Assembly (NCBI GenBank): GCA_963748015.1
Contig: CAVVHE010000008.1
Coordinates: 384,001 to 448,000, forward strand
Reading direction: 5' to 3'
Origin: Terriglobia bacterium
GTDB lineage: Bacteria; Acidobacteriota; Polarisedimenticolia; Polarisedimenticolales; JAIQFR01
DNA: 64,000 nt
Under the pieces are notes generated by a model. The model searched no databases. It worked only from the letters and a program-made list of their open reading frames with translations, and was not told the origin of the DNA. Numbering within the stretch: position 1 is the stretch's first letter; each line of letters starts with the position of its first letter. Positions 1 through 9,737 of the stretch are shown here, one piece after another. A program made the translations under genes and the position numbers.

Positions 1-269
1 TCCGTCTTCTTGAAGTCCCCCTGGCTGAAGAGCTTCTTGACGGACGACGGCTTGGTCCCGAGCCCCATCTGGATCCCGGCCGGGTTCCGCGTGCTCGAGG
101 ACGACGGCGCCCCGGGGGCCGTCACGGTCTGGTAGAGAATGTCCTGGAACTCGGCCCGGCTGCGCTTGAAGCCGTTGGTGCCCACGTTGGCCAGGTTGTT
201 CGCGATCGTGTCGATCTGCAGCTGCTGCGCCTGCATTCCCGTCGTGGCGCTCCACATCGATCTCTGCAT
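1..269 (-). CDS. flgG: Flagellar distal rod protein FlgG, N-terminal part (cut by window edge)
   Basis: Manual translation MQRSMWSATTGMQAQQLQIDTIANNLANVGTNGFKRSRAEFQDILYQ...GIQMGLG; AAGGAGAG RBS; lies downstream of flgF. Confidence 0.95.
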   Translation of the reverse strand, partial: MQRSMWSATTGMQAQQLQIDTIANNLANVGTNGFKRSRAEFQDILYQTVTAPGAPSSSSTRNPAGIQMGLGTKPSSVKKLFSQGDFKKT

Positions 270-298
270 GGTCGCTCTCCTTCGAGCCGGGCGATTGC

Positions 299-1030
299 CT
301 AGCCGACGATGTCGTTGACGGCCTTCCGGTTCGTCTCGTTCATCGTCGTCGAGACGAGCTTCTGGTAGGTTTCGAACGAACGCTGGGCCTCTATCAGCTC
401 GACCAGCTCGCCCAGGGCGTTCGTGCCCGACCCCTCGAGCCAGCCTGGCTTCACCGACGGGTCGGTCACCTTCGCCAGGGCGGCGTCGCCCCCGTCCGGC
501 GCCAGCAGGTTGTTCCCCTCCGGGCGCAATGCGCGCTTCGGATCGCGCATCACGAGCAGCCGGCCGATCTCGCTCTCCCCGTTCACGAGACGCGCGTCCC
601 CGGTCACGATCGCGCCCGGAACCACGCCGGTGATCGGTTTTCCGCTCGCGCCGAGGACCGGGTTGCCCATGGCGTCGACCAACGCCCCGGTCGAGGTGAC
701 ATCGAGGGCGCCGGCGCGCGTGTAGCGCCTTCCCGCCGGTGTCTGCACCGCCAGGAACTGGTCGGCGTCGAGGGCGAGGTCGAGCGCGCGGCCGGTGTCG
801 CGCAGCGGGCCGGGGCCGGGCACCTCGTACGTGCCGGCGAGGGCCACAGCGGCGTTCGCCGCGCGGATCCCTTCCGCGGTGTCGGGCCCGAACCTCTGGT
901 ACACGGTCGAGAAGGCGCGCTGCGAGCGATAGGCCGGCGTCGAGGTGTTCGCGAGGTTGTTCGAGATCAGCTCGAGCCGCCGCTGCTCGACCAGCATTCC
1001 CGAGGCGGCGGTGTACAGCTGGCTGTTCAT
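299..1030 (-). CDS. flgF: Flagellar proximal rod protein FlgF
   Basis: LYTAASGM...SNNLAN, TGRALDLAL, YTRAG, LEGS, IEAQRSFE rod motifs; precedes flgG. Confidence 0.9.
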   Translation of the reverse strand: MNSQLYTAASGMLVEQRRLELISNNLANTSTPAYRSQRAFSTVYQRFGPDTAEGIRAANAAVALAGTYEVPGPGPLRDTGRALDLALDADQFLAVQTPAGRRYTRAGALDVTSTGALVDAMGNPVLGASGKPITGVVPGAIVTGDARLVNGESEIGRLLVMRDPKRALRPEGNNLLAPDGGDAALAKVTDPSVKPGWLEGSGTNALGELVELIEAQRSFETYQKLVSTTMNETNRKAVNDIVG

Positions 1031-1108
1031 GTTCTTTTCCTCCCGTCGGTTCCGGCGGGCTCGTCACCCGCCTCGCGGCATCCCCGCGCGATCGCCCCCT
1101 GCGTATTC

Positions 1109-1124
1109 ATCAAGGCCTGTGCCA
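1109..1124 (-). promoter_or_regulatory. sigma54 -24/-12 promoter for flgFG
   Basis: Minus strand TGGCAC-AGGCC-TTGAT upstream of flgF; the -12 element is the TTGA variant. Confidence 0.7.
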
Positions 1125-1160
1125 GGTGCATGGCGCTCCCGCGACGGCTTTGCCGGGCCG

Positions 1161-1499
1161 TCACGCCACGCTCTCCGCGGCACGGCGGCCGGATGTTGCC
1201 GCCCGCGGCAACTCCCCGCCGCCGGCGGCGCGCCGCCGCCAGCGGGCGATGTCCTCGGCCAGCTTCGCCTCACCCCGCGCCACGGACTCCGCCTCCTCCA
1301 CCTCGTTCACGAGGGCCTCGAGCGGGTCCCCCTCGAGGGCCGCCGCGGCGGCGCCGGGAGCGAGAATGGGCGGGGCGGGGGATGGGGCGGCCGCGCGCCG
1401 GCGCTTCCGTCCCTCGCGTCCCGCGAGGACGAGCGCGAGGAGCGCGAAGAGGTTCAGCGCGGCCAGGGCCGCGACGGCCGGTACGATCGCTCCGTTCAT
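1161..1499 (-). CDS. Small membrane-anchored hypothetical protein, last gene of the fliA-fliM-fliN run
   Basis: N-terminal hydrophobic helix then basic residues; ATG overlaps the stop of the fliN-like gene. Confidence 0.55.
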   Translation of the reverse strand: MNGAIVPAVAALAALNLFALLALVLAGREGRKRRRAAAPSPAPPILAPGAAAAALEGDPLEALVNEVEEAESVARGEAKLAEDIARWRRRAAGGGELPRAATSGRRAAESVA

Positions 1500-1789
1500 G
1501 GCCTCACCTTCCCGCCCGGGTCGGGCTCCATCCGCGCGAGGCGCTGCAGCGCCGTCGCGGTCACGCGGAATCCGAACTTGCCGTCCACCACCACCAGCTC
1601 TCCGGAGGCGACGACGTCCCCGTTGACCACGAGGTCCACGGGCCCGTCGGGGTCGCTGCTCAAGGGGAGCAGCCCGCCCGGCTCGAGCTCGAGGAGCCGC
1701 TCGAGCGGGACGCTCTCCGCAGGGAGCCAGACCTCGACCGGGAATTCGAGGCCGAAGAACGCGCCGCCGGGCGCCGCCGTGTCGCTCAT
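1496..1789 (-). CDS. fliN: FliN/FliM C-terminal (SpoA-family) motor switch protein
   Basis: LLELEPGGLLPL...PVDLVVNG...GELVVVDGKFGFRVT; start taken at MSDTAAP, overlapping the fliM stop. Confidence 0.8.
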   Translation of the reverse strand: MSDTAAPGGAFFGLEFPVEVWLPAESVPLERLLELEPGGLLPLSSDPDGPVDLVVNGDVVASGELVVVDGKFGFRVTATALQRLARMEPDPGGKVRP

Positions 1790-2742
1790 GGCCGATCCCT
1801 CCGGGCGGAAGGCGCGTGCCGGCCGCGCCGCCACTCCACCCTGAATTCCGATCCGTCCTTGCCGCGGGCTACCCGCCCGCGGAAGAGCGCTTGTCCCGCA
1901 ACCCTCAGCTCGAGGCGGGAGTCTTCAGCCGCGTCGAGAAGGAGCACCGTTCCCTGCTTCAGCTCGACCAGCTCGCCGAAGCTCACGCGCCCCGCCCTCA
2001 GCACCGGCCGCGTCTCGGCGCGCACGCGCCCGAGCGCGTGCGCGAGCGGCCCGGCGCCGATCGCCGCCGCCCGCGCCTCGGCCTTCGGCGGCGCGAGCAG
2101 TCCTGCGGCGACGAGGACCAGAGCGCTGCGCTCCGCCTTGCCGAGGCGGACGCGAATCAGTCCCACACCCACCGTCTCGCCCGCGGCCGCCACGGCTCGA
2201 GGGACGCGCCCCACGCCGAGCTCGCCCGGGGCCAGCGCGCCCCGGAACATCCTGCCGAGGGGGCCCGCGGCCGATGCGCCGAGCTTGCCGAGCACGCGAA
2301 GCTCGAGCGGGGTCGGCTCGCGGGCGGCGTCCGTCAGCCCTCCCGCGCCGCCGAGCGCGCGCTCCACCAGGGCGAGGGCGGTTCCGGGGGCGAGCACGAG
2401 GGCCAGGCCGCCGCCGGTCTCGCAGGCGAACGACGGGACCCAGGCGGGGGCGGGGATCGCCGAGAGGGCGGCCGCCGCGGCCTGCTGCTGGAACCCGTCC
2501 ACCTCGAGCGTCACGTCCTCGCCGAGCTCGTGGCGCAGCGCCTCCTGGAGCGTGGCGCAGATGGACGCCATCCTCTTCTTCGCCTCGCCCTCGGCCCCCG
2601 GCGGGATCGCCACGGGCTCCCGCAACGAGTACGGGGTCGGCCCCGGGCCCGCTCCGGCCGCCGCCGGCTCGGGCGCGTTCGCGCCCATCCCGGACAGGAC
2701 GCCGGCCACCTCTTCGGGGCGCAGCAGGGGTCCTTCGCTCAT
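1786..2742 (-). CDS. fliM: Divergent flagellar motor switch protein FliM
   Basis: PYSL, LVERALGG, REPTPLE and C-terminal SpoA domain ELVELKQGTVL; start MSEGPLL with GGAGG RBS overlaps the fliA stop. Confidence 0.7.
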   Translation of the reverse strand: MSEGPLLRPEEVAGVLSGMGANAPEPAAAGAGPGPTPYSLREPVAIPPGAEGEAKKRMASICATLQEALRHELGEDVTLEVDGFQQQAAAAALSAIPAPAWVPSFACETGGGLALVLAPGTALALVERALGGAGGLTDAAREPTPLELRVLGKLGASAAGPLGRMFRGALAPGELGVGRVPRAVAAAGETVGVGLIRVRLGKAERSALVLVAAGLLAPPKAEARAAAIGAGPLAHALGRVRAETRPVLRAGRVSFGELVELKQGTVLLLDAAEDSRLELRVAGQALFRGRVARGKDGSEFRVEWRRGRHAPSARRDRP

Positions 2743-3530
2743 CGCCGCCTCCCTCCGCTTCCCGCCGCCGCGCCGGCCCTCGCCGGCGGAGCGGCTCTCA
2801 ACCGCGCCTCGAGGGCGACGCGCAGCCTCGATGCCGCCTGCCCGTGGAGCTGACAGACTCTCGACTCCGTGATGCCGAGCACGGCACCGACTTCCTTCAT
2901 GTTCAGCTCTTCGTGGTAATAGAGCTCCATCACGCGGCGCTCCCGCTCCGGCAGCCGGACGATCTCCTCGGCGAGCGCCCGCAGGAGATCGCGCCGCTCG
3001 AGATCTCTGCCCGGCAGCTCCGATTCGGAAGCCGCCGGCGTGTCGAGGCCGTCGGGCAGGTCCTCGATCGAGAGGATCGGGCCCGCGCTGACGTCCTGGA
3101 GAAGGCTCCGGTAGGACTCGAGGTCGAGCCCCATCGCGGAGGCGATCTCCTCCTCGCCGGCGGGGCCGCCCGAAACGCTCGCGAGGCGGCCCACCGCCTC
3201 GTCCATCTCCCGCCGCCCGCGACGCACGGACCGAGGCCGCCAGTCCCGCTGCCGCAAGCCGTCCAGGATCGCGCCGCGCACCCGGGCCTCCGCGTAGGTC
3301 CGGAAGCGCACGCCGCGCGAAGGGTCGTACTTGGCGGCGGCGTCGAGCAGGCCCACGACGCCGTCGCTCACCAGGTCCTCGAGCTCGACGCTCGCCGGCA
3401 GGCGCGACGCGATCCGGAGCGCGGCATAGCGCACGAGGTCCACGTGCGACTCCAGGAAGAGCCGCCGCTCGGGGGAGTCCCCGTCTCGCGCCGCCTCGGA
3501 CCACGGCATGGGCGCCGCCGGCGTGTTCAT
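2739..3530 (-). CDS. fliA: RNA polymerase sigma28 factor FliA
   Basis: LPASVELEDLVSDGVVGLLDA, FRTYAEARVRGAILDGLRQRDW, LYYHEELNMKEVGAVLGITESRVCQLH. Confidence 0.95.
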   Translation of the reverse strand: MNTPAAPMPWSEAARDGDSPERRLFLESHVDLVRYAALRIASRLPASVELEDLVSDGVVGLLDAAAKYDPSRGVRFRTYAEARVRGAILDGLRQRDWRPRSVRRGRREMDEAVGRLASVSGGPAGEEEIASAMGLDLESYRSLLQDVSAGPILSIEDLPDGLDTPAASESELPGRDLERRDLLRALAEEIVRLPERERRVMELYYHEELNMKEVGAVLGITESRVCQLHGQAASRLRVALEARLRAAPPARAGAAAGSGGRRR

Positions 3531-4369
3531 TGGAGCGGCCCCGTGCTCGCGGATGCCAGGAGCCGCTCGAAGTAGCCGTCGCCCGCCGAGGGGGCCGGCG
3601 CCGCGGCGATCGCGAGGGCGATCCTCTCGTAGCAACGGGCCGCGCGGCTCGCGGGGAAGAGATCGAGAACGGCCCGCTGCCGGCGCACGCACTCGCCGAC
3701 GCGCGGGTCGCGGAAGACGGGGCCGAGCCACCCGGGCTCCTTGCCGAGGAAGTGCGCGGCGGCCTTCGAGATCTGCTCGTAGGCTCGTGCGGCCTCCTCC
3801 TCGCTCTCGACGCCGTTGACCACGAGGTCCACCTGCTTCCGCGGGTCGGCCATCCAGAGCACCTTGAGGGTCGCGTACGCGTCCACGAGCGACGTCGGCT
3901 CCGCCGTCGTCACGACCAGAACGCGCGAGGCCGCGAGCTGCAGGGAGAGCGTGGCGTCGCCGAGGCCTGCGCCCGTGTCCACGAGCACGTCGTCTGCGAG
4001 CGTCGCGGCTTCCGCGAGGGCCGCGACGAGCCGCGCGCGCGCCGGCGGGGCCAGCCTCGCCAGCTCCGGCACGCCCGAGGCGGCCGGAAGGATGCGAATG
4101 CCCGACGGGCCGTCGAGGAGCAGATCCTGGAGGCGCGCCGCGCCCGAGAGCAGGTGCTCGACGGTGCGCTCGGGGACCAGGCCGAGAAGAACGTCCACGT
4201 TGGCGAGACCGAGATCCCCGTCCACCAGCAGGACGCTCCGGCCGCACCGGCTCAGCGCCACCGCGAGGTTGACCGCGAGGTTGCTCTTGCCCACGCCCCC
4301 CTTGCTGCCGGTGATCGCCAGCGAGAGCCGGGACGCGAGGGCGGGGCGGGAGGCGGGGACGGGCATCAT
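3527..4369 (-). CDS. flhG: MinD-like flagellar number regulator FlhG/FleN
   Basis: KGGVGKS, DGDLGLANVD, DTGAG, EPTSLVDAYA; between flhF and fliA. Confidence 0.92.
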   Translation of the reverse strand: MMPVPASRPALASRLSLAITGSKGGVGKSNLAVNLAVALSRCGRSVLLVDGDLGLANVDVLLGLVPERTVEHLLSGAARLQDLLLDGPSGIRILPAASGVPELARLAPPARARLVAALAEAATLADDVLVDTGAGLGDATLSLQLAASRVLVVTTAEPTSLVDAYATLKVLWMADPRKQVDLVVNGVESEEEAARAYEQISKAAAHFLGKEPGWLGPVFRDPRVGECVRRQRAVLDLFPASRAARCYERIALAIAAAPAPSAGDGYFERLLASASTGPLQ

Positions 4370-5502
4370 GCTCTCCTCTCGTGAGCTCCGGCCTGGGAGC
4401 GTCCGGCGCGCAGGAGCAGCGCGGTGAGGCGCCGCGGGGAGACGGTGTCGAGGTCCTGGGGCACGCGGTGGCCGCAGGTCACGAACGAAAGCGGGAGCTC
4501 GGACCCCGCCAGCGCCGTCACCAGCTCGCCGACCCGCAGGCCGTCGTCCACGCGGGAGAAGCCCGCGCAGGTGGGGCGCAGAGGCGCGAACCGGTCGAGC
4601 ACCCTGGCGGCCTCGTCGCGGTGCAGCCCCGCGGGAAGCAGCACGGCCACCCCCGCGTCCGGGACCGCCTCGCGCAGCTGCTCGATGGCGCGCATCCGGC
4701 TGTCGTCGCCGCGCGCGATGCCGGGCGTGTCCACCACGACCATGCCCGACTCGCCCGCGTCCTCAAGGGCGCAAACGAGGTCGTCGGCATCGTCCACGCG
4801 CGCCAGGAGGGCGCCGATGTGCCGCGAGTAGATCTCCGCCTGCTCGATCGACCCGATGCGGTCCACGTCGGCCTCTCCGAAGAAGACGTGCCTCTGGCCC
4901 GGGGCCGCGAGGCGGGCGACCAGCTTGGCGACGGTCGTCGTCTTGCCGCAGCCGGGGGGGCCCACCACGAACAGGCAGCGGCCGCCGACGGGGATCGGCG
5001 CGAGCGGCACGAGCGCCTCGACCCCCTTCGTCGCGGCGGCGGCGAGCCCCTTCGGGTCCCCGCCCGAGGGAAGGGCGCGAGAGGCGATGCGGGCGAACCG
5101 CTCCGCAAGGTCGTCCGACAGTCCCGATGCGACGAGCGCCGCGACCGCGGCGCGGAGCGCCGGAACCGTCATGGTCTTCGGGGCGTCCGGCGCCGCGTTC
5201 CCGTCTCCCGCGGCGGCGGCGGCGGGTTTCGGCGCCGCGGCCGGACCGGCCGGCGCCGGGGAGGTGTCGATCCTCGACCGCAGGCGCTCCACCTCGCGCG
5301 CAAGGTGACGTACGGCGTCGTCGCCCCCGGCGTCCGGGCCGAGGGCCGGGCGCGCCGCGCCGACGGTCACCTCGATGCCGGAGAGGCCCAGGCGGCCGGG
5401 CACCTCGCTGGTCGCCAGGACCAGCGCGTCCGGGCCCAGCTCGGCGCGTGCCTCCGCGAGGGCGGTCGCGAGATCCGGGGCCCTGTAGGTCTTGAGCAGC
5501 AT
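4366..5502 (-). CDS. flhF: SRP-family GTPase FlhF
   Basis: LKTYRA...ELGPDALVL N-terminus; GPPGCGKTTT; DTPG; GHRVPQD. Confidence 0.88.
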   Translation of the reverse strand: MLLKTYRAPDLATALAEARAELGPDALVLATSEVPGRLGLSGIEVTVGAARPALGPDAGGDDAVRHLAREVERLRSRIDTSPAPAGPAAAPKPAAAAAGDGNAAPDAPKTMTVPALRAAVAALVASGLSDDLAERFARIASRALPSGGDPKGLAAAATKGVEALVPLAPIPVGGRCLFVVGPPGCGKTTTVAKLVARLAAPGQRHVFFGEADVDRIGSIEQAEIYSRHIGALLARVDDADDLVCALEDAGESGMVVVDTPGIARGDDSRMRAIEQLREAVPDAGVAVLLPAGLHRDEAARVLDRFAPLRPTCAGFSRVDDGLRVGELVTALAGSELPLSFVTCGHRVPQDLDTVSPRRLTALLLRAGRSQAGAHERRA

Positions 5503-5514
5503 GGTCTCGTCCCG

Positions 5515-7572
5515 TCAGCGAACCTGCCCGACGGCCTGCACGCGCACGCCGTCGGGGATCTCGAGGATGGACAGGAACGGCACGCTCGGGAGGGCCGTCT
5601 CCGTCATCCTGCGAAGCACCGCACGCACTTCCGTCGAGCCGCAGAGCACCGCCGCCGGCGCGCCGGTCGGCACCTCGCGAATCGCGTTCGCGACGCGGTG
5701 GACCAGGGAGTGGGTGAGCCGCGGGTCGGGCGCGGCCGCCCTCCCCTCGGGACCGGGCGCCAGGAGCTCGCGGATGTCCCGCTCGATGTCGGGAGAGAGC
5801 GTGACCACCCGGATCGCCCCCTGCTCGACGAGCGGGCGGACGAGCGAGCGGCTCATCGCCTGCCGGACCTGTCCGAGCACCGTCTGCAGGTCCACGTTCT
5901 GGCCGCCGCAGTCGGCCATCGCCTCGGCGATCGTCTGCAGGTCGCGGATCGAGACGCGCTCCCTGAGCAGCGACTGGAGGACCTTCTGGACCTGTCCGAG
6001 CGAGAACCGCTCGGGGATCAGCTCCTCCACCAGCTTCGGCGCCGACTTCGAGAGCGTGTCGAGCAGCTTCTGCGTCTCCTGCCGTCCGAGCAGCTCGGGC
6101 CCGTGGCGGCGGATGGTCTCGGCGAGGTGCGTCGCGAGGACCGACGTGCGGTCCACGACGGTGTAACCCGCGGCGCGCGCCCGCTCGGAGAGCGGCTCGC
6201 GGATCCACAGCGCCTCGATGTTGAAGGCGGGATCGGTGGTCTTCTCGCCGTCCATCTTCTCGATCGCGTCGCCCGGATCGATGGCCAGCACGCGGCCCCG
6301 CGGGAGGCGGGCGCGCCCGATCTCGGCGCCGCGCAGGAGGATCTGGTACTCGTCGGGCCCGAGGCGCAGGTTGTCGCGCACGCGGACGGGGGGCACGACG
6401 AGTCCGAGGTCGAGGGCGATTTGCCGCCTTATCCCGCGGATCCGGTCGAGGAGGCCGCCGGGGCTCTCCGACCCCGCGAGGTCCACGAGCTCGTAGCCCA
6501 CCTCGATCGTGAGCGGGTCCACGGCCAGCAGCGGCTCCACGGGCTCTTCGGGCGGAGGACCGGCGGGCACCTCGATCGCGGCCTCGGCCGACGCCTTCTC
6601 CTGCCGGCGCAGCGCCGACGAGAGGGCCCCGAGCAGGGCGGCGAGGGTGAGGAACGCGACGGTCGGCAGCCCCGGGATCAGCGCCATCGCCGCGAGCGCG
6701 CCGGCGGCCACGCCGATCGGCTTCGGGTTGGCGAAGAGCTGTCCGGTCATCTCGGCGCTCAACTCGCGCCCCGTGTCCGCGCGCGTCGTCACGAGGCCGC
6801 CCGCCACCGACACGAGCAGCGCCGGGATCGCGGTGACCAGGCCGTCCCCGACGGTCAGCACCGAGAAGGTCCTGAGCGCCTCGCCGGCGGACATCCCGGC
6901 CTGGAGCATGCCGATCGCGAGACCCGCGATCAGGTTGATGGCGACGATGATCAATGCGGCGACGGCGTCCCTCTGCGTGAACCGCACGGCGCCGTCCATG
7001 GATCCGTAGAATCCCGCCTCGTCCGACAGCGCCTTGCGGCGGGCCCTGGCCTCGTGCTCGTCGATCAGCCCCGCGTTGAGGTCCGCGTCGATGGACATCT
7101 GCTTGCCGGGCATTGCGTCGAGCGTGAACCGCGCGGCGACCTCGCTGATGCGCGTGGCGCCGTGGTTGATCACCACGAACTGGACGGCGAGGATCACCAG
7201 GAACACGACCAGCCCGACCACGAGGTTGCCGCCCACCACGAACTGTCCAAAGGCCTGGATCACGTGGCCGGCTGCCGAGGTCCCCTCGGGTCCGTGCAGC
7301 AGGATCCGCCTCGTCGACGCGATGTTGAGCCCGAGCCGGAACACCGTCAGCAGGAGCAGGGTCGAAGGGAAGACCGAGAAGTGGACGGGGCTCTTGACGT
7401 ACACCGTGGTGAGCAGGACGACCATGCTCAGCGCGATGTCCATGCTGATCAGGAGGTCGAGCAGGATCGTGGGGAGCGGCACCACCATGATGCCGACGAG
7501 GCCGACGACGGCGATCGGCAGGGCGAGCTGCGCCCCGCGGAGGAGTGTGCCGTCCGCGCGGGATTCGCTCAA
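5515..7572 (-). CDS. flhA: Flagellar export gate protein FlhA
   Basis: RISEVAARFTLDAMPGKQMSIDADLNAG; FYGSMDGA; LLRERVSIRDL. Confidence 0.97.
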   Translation of the reverse strand: MSESRADGTLLRGAQLALPIAVVGLVGIMVVPLPTILLDLLISMDIALSMVVLLTTVYVKSPVHFSVFPSTLLLLTVFRLGLNIASTRRILLHGPEGTSAAGHVIQAFGQFVVGGNLVVGLVVFLVILAVQFVVINHGATRISEVAARFTLDAMPGKQMSIDADLNAGLIDEHEARARRKALSDEAGFYGSMDGAVRFTQRDAVAALIIVAINLIAGLAIGMLQAGMSAGEALRTFSVLTVGDGLVTAIPALLVSVAGGLVTTRADTGRELSAEMTGQLFANPKPIGVAAGALAAMALIPGLPTVAFLTLAALLGALSSALRRQEKASAEAAIEVPAGPPPEEPVEPLLAVDPLTIEVGYELVDLAGSESPGGLLDRIRGIRRQIALDLGLVVPPVRVRDNLRLGPDEYQILLRGAEIGRARLPRGRVLAIDPGDAIEKMDGEKTTDPAFNIEALWIREPLSERARAAGYTVVDRTSVLATHLAETIRRHGPELLGRQETQKLLDTLSKSAPKLVEELIPERFSLGQVQKVLQSLLRERVSIRDLQTIAEAMADCGGQNVDLQTVLGQVRQAMSRSLVRPLVEQGAIRVVTLSPDIERDIRELLAPGPEGRAAAPDPRLTHSLVHRVANAIREVPTGAPAAVLCGSTEVRAVLRRMTETALPSVPFLSILEIPDGVRVQAVGQVR

Positions 7573-8666
7573 GGTCTGGCCTCCTCACCCGGCGAGGCGG
7601 TGCGGCGTCCGCGTCCCTTGCGGTGGAGAACCAGCGCGAGGACCTCGGCGACGGCCCGGTACAGGGCCACCGGGATCTCGCCACCGAGCGGAACGGACTT
7701 GTAGAGGGCCCGCGCGAGCGGCGGGTCGCTCAAGATCGGGATGCCGTTCGCGATGGCGATCTCGCGGATGCGCTCGGCCAGCTTCGCGCGCCCCTTGGCC
7801 AGCACCTTCGGCACCTCGCTCTCGCCGGGCTCGTAGCGCAGCGCCACCGCGAAGTGGGTCGGGTTCGTGACGACGACGGTGGCCTTGTGGACGTCGGCCA
7901 TCATCCGGGAGCGAGCGAGCGACAGCTGCTTCGAGCGCATCCGGGAGCGCATGAGGGGATCGCCCTCGAGCTCCTTGTACTCGTCCCGGATCTCCTTCTT
8001 GCTCATCATCAGCGACCGTACGTGGTCGTAGCGCCGGAACAGCCAGTCGAGCACCGCGAGAACCGCGGCGAGGATCGTCACCCGGAACACGACGGTGCCG
8101 CCGAGGCCGAGCAGCGCCCCCAGCGTGCCCTCGGCGCCCGGCGCCCCCTCGGACGAGGAGAGAATCGCGTCGCGCGCGGCGGTGTAGGCCACCGCGCCGT
8201 AGAGGAAGGTCTTCACGACGACCTTCAGCACGTCCACCCAAGGCCGGAGCGAGAACACGCGGCCGAGGTTCTTCACCGGATCGAGCCGGCTCCAGTTCGG
8301 CTTCAAGGGCTCGAGGGTCAGCGGGGGAGGCCCCTGGAGGACGTTCCCGGCGATGCCTGCCGCCGCGAGCACGCCGAGCGGCGGCAGCAGCAGCGCGCCG
8401 GTCGCCGAGGCGGTGGAGCGGAGGATCGCGAGCAGGCCGGTCTGCGTGAGGTCGGGAGCGGCGAGGCTCGCGAGCGAGCCCGCGAGGAAGTCGCGCATCC
8501 GGTCGAGCCAGCCCGAGCCGGCGACGCGGCAGAAGATCAGGAATCCCGCGAGCACCAGCACGCCGGGGATCTCCGCGCTGCGCGCGACCTGCCCCTTCTC
8601 CCTCGCCTTCAGGAGGCGGCGGGGAGTCGGTTTCTCGGTTCGCTGCGAGCGGTCCTCGGTCGCCAC
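7569..8666 (-). CDS. flhB: Flagellar export switch protein FlhB
   Basis: TEKPTPRRL...AREKGQV; EGDP; NPTH autocleavage site. Confidence 0.96.
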   Translation of the reverse strand: MATEDRSQRTEKPTPRRLLKAREKGQVARSAEIPGVLVLAGFLIFCRVAGSGWLDRMRDFLAGSLASLAAPDLTQTGLLAILRSTASATGALLLPPLGVLAAAGIAGNVLQGPPPLTLEPLKPNWSRLDPVKNLGRVFSLRPWVDVLKVVVKTFLYGAVAYTAARDAILSSSEGAPGAEGTLGALLGLGGTVVFRVTILAAVLAVLDWLFRRYDHVRSLMMSKKEIRDEYKELEGDPLMRSRMRSKQLSLARSRMMADVHKATVVVTNPTHFAVALRYEPGESEVPKVLAKGRAKLAERIREIAIANGIPILSDPPLARALYKSVPLGGEIPVALYRAVAEVLALVLHRKGRGRRTASPGEEARP

Positions 8667-8672
8667 GGCCGC

Positions 8673-9467
8673 CTACCTTCCCGCCAGCGCGGCCACGATC
8701 GCCGCGCCGTCCGATGCGAAGGTCCGTCCCATCCAGCCGATGGCGGAGCCGGTCGCGGACGCGAGGAGGGCGAGCGCGACGATCCCCGCGGCCATCTTGG
8801 CCGGGTAGCCGACGGTCAGGATCTGGAACTGCGGCAGCGCCCGCCCGACCAGCGCCATCACGAGGTCCACGGCGAACGTGACCACGAGGGCCGGCGCCGC
8901 GAGCTCGACCGCCACGGTGAACATGCGCATGCCGAGCAGTCCGACCACCTGGTCGAGGTGCCTGGCACTCGGGAGCGCGACCGCGGGCGGGAGCCACTCG
9001 TAGGAGTCGCGCAGCCCCGCGATGAAGACGTGGTGGAGGTTCGCCGCGAGGAACAGCGACGTCGCCATCAGGTTCTGGAAGAGGATGGTCACCATCCCCT
9101 GGTCGCCCGTGAGCGGATCCACCATGGACGCGAGCGAGAAGCCGGACTGCCCGGCGACGAGCGCCGCGGACGCCTCGATCCCGGCGAACAGGGCGCGCGC
9201 GGCGAAGCCGAGCCCCAGCCCGACCGCCAGCTCGCGGATCGCCACGATCGTCCACGACACCGCGTCCGCGGGGGGCACGACCAGGGTCGGCGCGATGGGG
9301 AGCATGACGAGCGCGAGCGCAACGGCGAGCGACACGCGGATCCTCGCGGGCAGGATGTCGGCGCCGAGGACCGGGCAGAACACGACGAGCCCTCCCGTCC
9401 GGAGCAGGACCAGGGCGAAGCGGGACGCCTCGCCGAGGAGGTCCAGGCGGGCGAGGGCCTCGATCAT
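8673..9467 (-). CDS. fliR: Flagellar export protein FliR
   Basis: Multi-TM protein; GFSLASMVDP, GRALPQFQIL; between fliQ and flhB. Confidence 0.92.
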   Translation of the reverse strand: MIEALARLDLLGEASRFALVLLRTGGLVVFCPVLGADILPARIRVSLAVALALVMLPIAPTLVVPPADAVSWTIVAIRELAVGLGLGFAARALFAGIEASAALVAGQSGFSLASMVDPLTGDQGMVTILFQNLMATSLFLAANLHHVFIAGLRDSYEWLPPAVALPSARHLDQVVGLLGMRMFTVAVELAAPALVVTFAVDLVMALVGRALPQFQILTVGYPAKMAAGIVALALLASATGSAIGWMGRTFASDGAAIVAALAGR

Positions 9468-9733
9468 CCGAGCACCGCGGGGAGCGCGGCGAAGATGTGC
9501 CGCGTGAAGTCGAGGAGCGTGTGGATCATCCAGTTGCCGGCGATCAGCAGCGCCGCGGCGACGGTGATGATCTTGGGGACGAAGGTCAGCGTCGCGTCCT
9601 GAAGCGAGGTCGCCACCTGGATGAGGCTCACGACGATGCCGACCAGCAGGCTCGCCGCGAGCATCGGCATCGCGACGAGGAGCGCCACCTGGAGTGCCTG
9701 CCGGCTGATCTCGAGTACGAAGGTCTCGCTCAT
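9464..9733 (-). CDS. fliQ: Flagellar export protein FliQ
   Basis: VSLIQVATSLQDATLTFVPKI. Confidence 0.95.
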   Translation of the reverse strand: MSETFVLEISRQALQVALLVAMPMLAASLLVGIVVSLIQVATSLQDATLTFVPKIITVAAALLIAGNWMIHTLLDFTRHIFAALPAVLG

Positions 9734-9737
9734 GGTG

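Noticed and set aside
1..300. Loss of motAB, flgH-N and fliL (degenerate flagellum)
   Set aside because: The cluster runs off the left edge inside flgG, so absence cannot be concluded; FliG keeps its charged torque-helix residues
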